Source of the DNA: Catajapyx aquilonaris | Lineage: Eukaryota | Assembly (NCBI GenBank): GCA_000934665.2 | Contig: KZ537985.1 | Location: 124,001-179,948, forward strand | Reading direction: 5' to 3' | Length of the DNA stretch: 55,948 nucleotides | Part shown: positions 48,068 through 55,948 of the stretch, piece after piece | How positions within the stretch are numbered: position 1 is the first letter of the stretch | Layout: the number at the start of each line of letters is the position of its first letter | Notes under the pieces: model-generated | Databases searched by the model: none | Told to the model about the DNA's origin: nothing | Seen by the model: only the letters and a program-made list of their open reading frames with translations | Translations under genes and position numbers: made by a program

Positions 48068-51000
48068 GGACTGTCTCAATGAGTTACCGGACCACGACCC
48101 TGAGTGACCTTACGGGGTCAGGGGTGCATATTCATTTACAATCATCAATATTTAAGTCCGACACAAGTCTGGGTGCTATTAATTACACACCTTTCCTGCA
48201 TGTTGCACGCACCTTTGTAATATTCATACGCGATTGTGTCAGGTGCAGATAAGTGCGACCTAGCTAGGTACTGTGTTGTTTCATTTACGCGTTTCGCATG
48301 CGGTTTCCATAGCGGAAATAATGTGAAGCCGCACCGTGGCTTAGGGCGAAAATAAATATAAATCCGCCGCACACACATCCAATGCTCGCTGAATTATATT
48401 GCAGCGTTATTCCGGCTAATCATTCCGCGGCACACACTAAAACCTCCAATATAATTATATAAACGTGAGCCATCAATATTCATAAATCATATACTATTGA
48501 CATAATTTTGTCCGATGAATATACACCAGAGAGAAATATTCGATTTATTTGTAAACTGGACACCACATCGTGCCGACCATTTTTAAAGCTCGTCCCCATG
48601 AAATTCATCTATATAGCTCTCATTAATTGTCCGGGTTTCATTATTTAATCCGTTTAGTCAGAAATGGTTTCAATGATCAAACCGTTGCAGTAGCCAAACA
48701 AAGACACTAGTACCGCACGTTATTTTTATGAACGTATGTAATCTGATGGCATACGTTACAAAGATCGCGTGATAGGTTACTGGGCTTCGGAAATAATTAC
48801 CACCACAAAAATACCCACCGCCATATTCAAATAAGCGATACGCTATAACTCTTACATTTTTTATCCTCAATTTGCGCTATCCCCGTGGTTGTCATTCTCG
48901 CTACCTTCCTCATATTATGGCAGTTTCCTCGCCAAAAATGACAACCACCCATTTTTTACGCAGCGAAGCGCAAAAAAATTAAAGTCATATGTCTGCCCAA
49001 TTTCGGAAACCAGCTCGGACACTTCGCACGTAGCTACGAATATATATTTTTTTCGCTCAAAAAAAAAAGGCTATTCAGATTTCCTGACAACTGTCGCTCC
49101 AATGAAATATTCCCGTCCCTCAAAATTGCGTCATTGCATAAAACAAGAGGGGAGATCCGCATGCTTTCCTACTCTCGTCTGGCGGTCCCATGATAACCAG
49201 CACTCAAGACGTCCCTTTAAAATATAAGCAGGCCTGCTCTCATTGGTGGAATAGCAAGTGACATCTTCCATCACATCCTGAAAAAAAAACTGCATTCATA
49301 TATCCCTTTATATGATCAGCGAGCGCTCCAAGCGCTTCGCGGTGCGATTATTTTCGCCTGGTCAGCCGAGCCCCGCGAACAGAACCGATCAACTGGCGGC
49401 AATTCAAACCCGGTTGTTTATTTACGGACGTCCTTACTAATAGCTGGTTGTCCTTCACATGTGTTATATTTTTAACTTGATGGATGGGTGTCAAAATATA
49501 CTGTCAGGAGATCACTGACCTCATACAAGTCGCCGCTAATTGTCAAGAATGCAGAAAGATAGGACCTGGCGCTATGCACGCACCTGTGTGTACATACCGG
49601 AACACCGGGTATATACACTTTCCCAACTGGTTCGCCAAATTACGAGGACAAAAAATATGCAAAAAAAAAAAAAGTTGGTAGCGTGTAACTTGGAAGCTCC
49701 TACACATCCGCTATGCACCGCTCCGAGTAGTATAATCTAAAGAATAATAAATACAATACCGACATGTTTACACGGAAAAGGTCCCACAGTGTGAATGTAC
49801 TTTGCAGTCGTCGTCACGGTGCGTCCACAAACATTTTTTGAATGCTCCAAAATATTCTCCACAATAAAAATTGGACATATTTTACGCCCCATAAAATTCC
49901 AGCCACTATAAAAAGCACTCTCCTGTGAAATTACCTACATGCGGCTTACTCGTTACAACACACGTAAATTCAGGACATAGCTGGAGGCAAGTGTCAAAAA
50001 ATCCAGAGGCCTCCCTCAGGTCTGCGGTGTTGTTCTGAGGGGGTTACAGGCACCCGGAGAATGACCCGGGGCACCATTAGCCCCTCTCTTTTTCCACCCA
50101 AAAAATGCAGTCCCAAACAAGGGCCAACGGCGCGCATCGTCAATCGCAGCCCACCTCAGGGACGACCACAGACGGAACTTCCCCCAAAAAAACACACACA
50201 CATGGCCCGAAGGATAGGTAGATGGATGGGCCATGGCCTGGTGATGGATGTGTGCCAGACCGCCTGTCACATATGCGAGTTGCAACCTGGGGACCCCAGG
50301 GAATGCTAATGTGGACCCCAAACAATTCGGACCAATGTCGCTAAATACAGTTTATGCGAAATTTTGGCTAAGATTATGTCAGTGTCGCATAGGGACCAAT
50401 CTGGTGACTTCACAGTCCCCATACTAGTATCCTATTGGCTGACCACACATTTTTGATATTTATTACCAGATTTCTTCAATTAGGAAGAATGGAGGTCCAC
50501 ATGGGACACTAATCGCATAGTATGTCACTCACAATATGCGACGATCGAATCGCAACGATGGATTAGAGTCTAAACCGTCTCGTTTGTGAGCCTGCAACTG
50601 ACTAGGGAAATCTTACAGAGTAGGCCTAACACTCATGGGAACAGCCAAAAACGGCGTCTCGCTCTTCTGGTTTTCCCACTGGCAAAAACGTGGAAGCCAC
50701 GGCCCCGTTTTTGAGTCCATTTAATCTTTTTTTCTTACCGTCGATGTCATACAGGACGACGATGTCCCTCTCACGTATCGTAAACACGCCGCAAGGTTCT
50801 GTCCTCTGAAGTAAAAAAAAAAAAAAGTAAAGGTTGCTCCGCACTTCCAAAAGAATCAACTGGCAGGCAATAAAATGTAGGCGAACTCGCCATAAAGTCT
50901 CGGCTTCGGAGTGCAAAGTGCAGGCACTTTCGACTCCAAACGCCTTCCCACAAGATGCGTTTACAGCTGGATTTGTGCTCAAATTTGTCCAACTTTTTTG

Positions 51001-51929
51001 AGACAACCGGTGGCTCAATATCTAAAGCAGAAAGTTTGCATATCAAGGAATATACGACTTTTGGCTGCCGAACTATTGGCTGCCGTGCCATTTGGCTATC
51101 TAAACCGCTTTCAGACTGTTCAGTGGCACACTATGGCACAATATGATAGTAAAGGTCAAAATTCACGAATTTTTTGTAATAAGTTATGCAAATATTTCCG
51201 CGATAGTTGCGTTTCATTGCCGTTCACTATTAAATTACCGCAAAATTTTGGCTTCCACACTGGAGTTCTTTTGGATGGCAGGAAGAATATGAAAAATGCA
51301 TAAGTAGAGGGGAGACCCGATGGGGGGGAAAAAAATCCGCAGTGCTGATAGGTAAGTATAAATATTCAGCAATACCAAAACCCCCCCTCCCCACAACCCT
51401 CTGACACGTTTCGATTAGCACGACTGATGAGTCCTCAATTTTTGATCGCGTCTCGAACCCTCTACCTCTCCAGAGAAACATGTTTATGTCTAGAAGGAAA
51501 CCCCGCCTCTGAATTGTTCATACCCCAATACCACATCCTTCCTTGTAACTTCAGACACAGGTAGAAGCGACATAACCACACTCTTACTTCGCAGTGTCCA
51601 GGACAAAAATTTGGTGTGAATTCCTAAACGGTTTTGGCCAAAAATTCAGCTCATTGAACCACCAGCTCTCGCCGGATTATTATCACTGGGTGTTTACAAG
51701 GCTGTGTTTAATTAAAAATGGCTGTTATTATGCAGTGACACGGTTCACATCATTCCTGCATGCATTACGGAAGAAAAAGTGCGTCAACTATAAGGGTTTA
51801 TTACATTATTTTTCATTAGCGGTTTACACGCCGCTGTTTTGGGCGCAACATTACTGAAAATGAGCTTGTTTTATGCGAAGGTGCGACTGCTTTATGGTAT
51901 ACCCAAAAATGTTCTCTTGTGTGTTCCAG

Positions 51930-52132
51930 TGGGTGCAACCATCCATCAATCACAGCCTCTTGAAGAAGGTGGCGTACAACCTCTTGGTGGCAACCCACGT
52001 GACTCACATGCAACTCGACCCACAAGTCCCAGAGGCGAACGTAACAAGACGTCTCCCTGGTTCTGGTGCCTGTCATTTCGTACGCCCAGGCCGATCCATC
52101 AACATCCTTTCTCTCAATCCGCACTTCCAAGG
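51930..52132 (+). other. Candidate exon (coding status unknown)
   Basis: Acceptor TTCTCTTGTGTGTTCCAG|, possible donor AGG|GTAATC; two frames open; no recognisable protein. Confidence 0.2.
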
Positions 52133-53073
52133 GTAATCCCGACCCGTCTCGGATGAGAGGAAAAGAAATGGCGACGAATATAAACCTACTTGGCCTGCTT
52201 TGTTACTATCGCACTGACATACATCTTCAAAATTTTCGAGCAAAAATTTTGTTCATTTTCATATTCTCATCCTACTTTATGATTGTTTCGCAAGCACTGT
52301 AATGTGCTGACAGGAACATTTGCATAATCAGTTAAAGTTGGCAGATTCTTCCGGTTTACGCCCACTTCTACACCGGAAGTCCGGTCCAGGGCGGTTTCTG
52401 TGAAGTAGCATGCTCCCTTTCCTAAACAGCAGCTCCAGAATTTTTAATACAATTTAAATTTGTTACAATAAAACTGTGGGCAGTGTTCCTGCCACCCTCC
52501 ATCACCAACAACATCAACCGACGTACGACCAAAATGTACTCCCGATGTTCCCCATGTTCCCGCAGCATCCCTGCCAACATCCCATTAGTTACATCCGACC
52601 CTCCATCATGCCATGTCCGGCCAAGTAACCCAACTCCCGTAACAAACCAGTCCACTTGAAACCGCATTAAATTCCGCACGTAGCACATCTCACGCAGTAA
52701 TCCTACCTTACGTAATATCCTCCAACTCCCCCCCACCCTTGCTAACCAAAGCATTCTGGACAGACACAACCCTCAGCTTTATGCCAACCCAGGAATTTGT
52801 GCCCGACGAGTGGAAGATGAGAGCGACAATGGCAACCCCTTGATATACGAGCCCGGTATACCCCCGGATGATTGATCGGGACTGGGTGCTCCGGTTTCCA
52901 CCCTGGAGGCCTGGCCCCACAGAACCCCTAGGGGCCGATATGCTCCCTGGGGCTTCATACCAGCCAGCATGTTACAGGCCCAGACACGGCCCGCACATTA
53001 CTGTTCCATTATGGCTAATCAGCAGATTCTTCAGGAGTCAGCTCAAAAACTATAGGTGAGTGCGAATATATGT

Positions 53074-53231
53074 GGCGAACACCTCCGCGAACACCTATAT
53101 AGGCGAACACCTCCGCGAACACCTATAGGTGTTCGCGGAGGTATTCGCCTGTAAGTGTTCGCTGAGGTATTCGCCTATAAGTGTGTTCGCAGAGGTATTC
53201 GCCTAATAGGCGAATACCTCTGCGAACACCT
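53074..53231. repeat. Array of ~26-28-bp units in mixed orientation
   Basis: GGCGAACACCTCCGCGAACACCTAT: two forward, three reverse, one forward. Confidence 0.9.
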
Positions 53232-54931
53232 CGTGTTGCAACACGCGAGCTGCCCATTGCATGGCATATGGGTGGACGCTAATTACGTCACAAGGTCTCT
53301 CCCACACCTCACACGTCAAGGACGGTATGCATACCACTCCCTGACCATCTTCGGTGCAAGTGGCGCAATAATGTCAGTATGAATGACATACAATTTCGTC
53401 TAGCATGCAACCATCGACCAGACTTTTACTTTACACCTGAACTTTGTTCTAGAATGCATTCTTTATTTTTAGGAAAACGCCTCTCCACAGGTCAACACCA
53501 CCGAATCATGGCGAAAGTGGGCCTCCCCAGCCACATACGCCACACTTATGAAAGCAAACACAAACCAAACGGGTATTTCTTTTACGAGGCTTCCGCACGT
53601 GCTCAGAATGCACACAACTGCTTCGGGAGCAATTTTAGGCGCCATCGTCTAGAAATCAACGGTCTAGGAGAGCTCAATATCCGGGCCCAAACATTGCCCT
53701 ACCATAGTTTTTTGGGGGGGGAGGGGGGGTGGGGGGGGGGTGTTCGAATTTCGAAGCAATCGGAGAATCACGCAGCAAAGCTACGTGTGTGGTCGTACCT
53801 TGCACTTGTCGACTTCCACACACAAAAAATAGCATGCCAACTTGCGTGTCGTTGTTTTTTTTTTCGCCAACAAAAATCTCTATTTCGGCTCGGCACCAGA
53901 TTGCTTCCATTGCCCTCCAAAAAAAGTAAGGAAAACTGGATGCTGCCCAGACCCCCTAAAAGTTTTCATTGGGACCGGGTCCAGTATTCGCAACACTTCA
54001 GCAAAACTATGATTCACTACAGGAAGGCTTGCGGTTGTAATGATACTAAAGTGGGGGGTCATTTTTCAATTCCTGCGCAAAAACAGTACAGCCCAGGATG
54101 CTTTCTGTCATAGTTCCAAGTCGACCTCCATGAAACTAATGGTTGTTTGGACTCCTGGCAAATTTAAGGATGGCGTGTTTTCCTAAAAATCGTCTGTTTA
54201 ATCCTGATGGTAATATTTTTGTGCAAATTCCATGCGCGCGCATCCAATCCCATCTGTCACTGATCAAAAATGGCCGACGAGTGAGTGATTTCCTCTTTCA
54301 AATCCACTTTGCAAAAAGGGGATTTCGCTCCTAGGGAGTTTCAGTTTTCCCACCATGACCCCTCTGGACCTATCCATACTGTCCTATTTTGCAGACATTG
54401 CAGGTACGCTGCTCTCAAGAGGAGTATAGATCTAAACAAACACAATAAATCGATATGTCTACCGCACGCAAAAATTACAGCTCCGGTTGTCAATCCCAAA
54501 GTACCCAAAGTTATGAATCAATCTTTTTCCCACCGACTATAAATACGAACGGACAGGCCTTGGCTATAAATGCCAATCTAGCATGGTATTTTTTTTGCTA
54601 CCACAAAATATGCTTTGAACCGGCGGATAACTGGCATGTTCCTACGTGTATCTATATGAGCTAGCTCTAGTGCTATTATATTTGCATCTTCACAACTGGA
54701 GTGCCGGGATATGTTAATAATCCGCTGAACTGAGGACCTTAGGTTTATCTAGTGTTAAAGCTAACAGCAGCTTGAATTTAATTACTTGTTAGCTACCTGC
54801 TTTAGGATCGTATAGTACTTGGCTAGCATTGTAAGTGTAACTTTGGTACTTTAATGATACTTTAATAATATTGTTTGCTCGTTACGATCGAAATTGCGAT
54901 GGCGCGCATGAGCAGGAAATTCAAACAATAC

Positions 54932-55005
54932 GCGAATGGGGCGAAGCCCTTTGCGGAATGGTCGTTTTAAAACGACCATTCCGCAAGGGGCTTCGCCCCA
55001 TTCGC
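54932..55005. repeat. 74-bp zero-spacer palindrome
   Basis: GCGAATGGGGCGAAGCCCTTTGCGGAATGGTCGTTTT|AAAACGACCATTCCGCAAGGGGCTTCGCCCCATTCGC, one mismatch. Confidence 0.9.
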
Positions 55006-55853
55006 ATTTCCCCGCATTTTCGCTCCCCTAAAAATCAACAATGCGCCAAACTTTCAGCAAATATTCACAAAATTATGCAACAATCAATAAATTTTTTTTC
55101 TCCATCCATAAATAGAGTCGGATAAGGTTCCCATGCTATAAACGCCAATCTCACGTCGTTCTTGTACCGTGCTGGCAAAAAAAGCGTCAGAAAAATGATA
55201 CCTTACGTCCTAGTAAAATATCGACTTACAGCAGGGTCCTGGGGAAGTCCCACCTGACACCTTGGCGTCGTCCGATGTCACAGCTGCACCTAAAGCTTCT
55301 GCAACGCACCAGGGACCTTTAAGAAAAAGACAAAAAAATGTTCAAAAAAAAACTTCTTTTGCATACATATCGTTCTTCCCTTACACACCTGCGCTAATGG
55401 GAACTTCCCATGGCGCTTCTGCGTTTTTTTTTAACTCAAAAAAAAGTTGAAATTTGCATGCCTCTAGCATCCTAGCCTAAGCAGGCATTTTTGAACGCAA
55501 AGTCACGTTTGTGAATTAGTACCCTCACACGATTTGGGGGGTGTTTTCCCATCGATTTCTACCTCCTGGAAAACGGGGCACTTTGGGGGCATCTTAAAGA
55601 CAAATTGAATGACGTATTGGCAATTTTCCTCCCAGCTCTTTGCTAGGCGATAATATAACCAAGTGTCGCCTTGCGTGTCCAGGACGAGTTTGTCATACTA
55701 AAATTACTAGTTTTTGTCGAGCTTCCAGTGACACCTTCGCTTCTTGATTCCGCACCTGCAGCACTCTTAGGAGGTACACTTTCAACACCCCCATCGACAT
55801 ATAACTTACTGCCATATTTTAAAGCCAATGAACATATTATGGTGGATGACATA

Positions 55854-55948
55854 CGAGGGCTGATCAAAAAAGACTGAGACTTATTTTTTAATAAATATTG
55901 CTTTGAATCTTCACTTTTGAAATTGATATATTTGAAAACGGCGGGCTT
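55854..55948. mobile_element. Left end of a mariner-like element, truncated by the window edge
   Basis: TA|CGAGGGCTGATCAAAAAAGACTGAGAC resembles mariner TIR starts (TA CGAGGG); partner TIR not in the window. Confidence 0.55.

Noticed and set aside
2983..51425. Short CACGACT matches at ~2983, 17235, 26159, 31314, 41787 and 51419
   Set aside because: They lack the GTYW prefix, the TACAAA tail and an adjacent CTCF-like core; treated as background
52425..53055. C-rich frame ending at a consensus splice donor
   Set aside because: Contains several in-frame stops and no recognisable family; cannot be distinguished from chance
53074..53231. CRISPR-like array
   Set aside because: No unique spacers, mixed orientation, eukaryotic context
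53379..54113. Longest ORF (244 aa)
   Set aside because: Runs through poly-G and poly-T tracts, has no recognisable domain or splice context; likely a chance ORF
55643..55867. Minus-strand Ser/Thr-rich ORF as a terminal exon
   Set aside because: Protein-like composition, but no convincing splice acceptor, and the ORF start lies in a mariner-like TIR
1..55948. Hox-cluster microRNAs (miR-10, miR-993, iab-4) or homeobox exons
   Set aside because: Looked for by eye because of the insulator-like architecture; no match seen

Overview
Eukaryotic, animal-like (probably invertebrate/arthropod; inference) intergenic or intronic DNA from a draft assembly, with a 208-N gap at 9220-9427. No recognisable protein-coding gene or RNA gene was found, and the long ORFs mostly overlap repeats or homopolymer tracts. 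The window contains many small non-autonomous mobile elements: tRNA-derived SINEs of three families (two copies with exact TSDs), Tc1/mariner-, hAT-, Kolobok- and Harbinger-like MITEs, a Helitron nested inside a MITE arm, and two copies of a CA...TG element with 8-bp TSDs but unmatched termini. There are also tandem repeats and several zero-spacer palindromes. The most notable signal is regulatory. About 18 CTCF-like motifs (CGCCATCTAnnGG, several followed after exactly 10 nt by AACTA) are present. An unassigned 11-bp motif GTYWCACGACT, often extended by nnnTACAAA, occurs 7 times, and in 6 of 7 cases it lies just 5' of a same-strand CTCF-like motif with unrelated spacer sequence. This suggests a composite insulator module, and unrelated transposons sit right beside many of these modules. 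A few isolated candidate exons are reported at low confidence.
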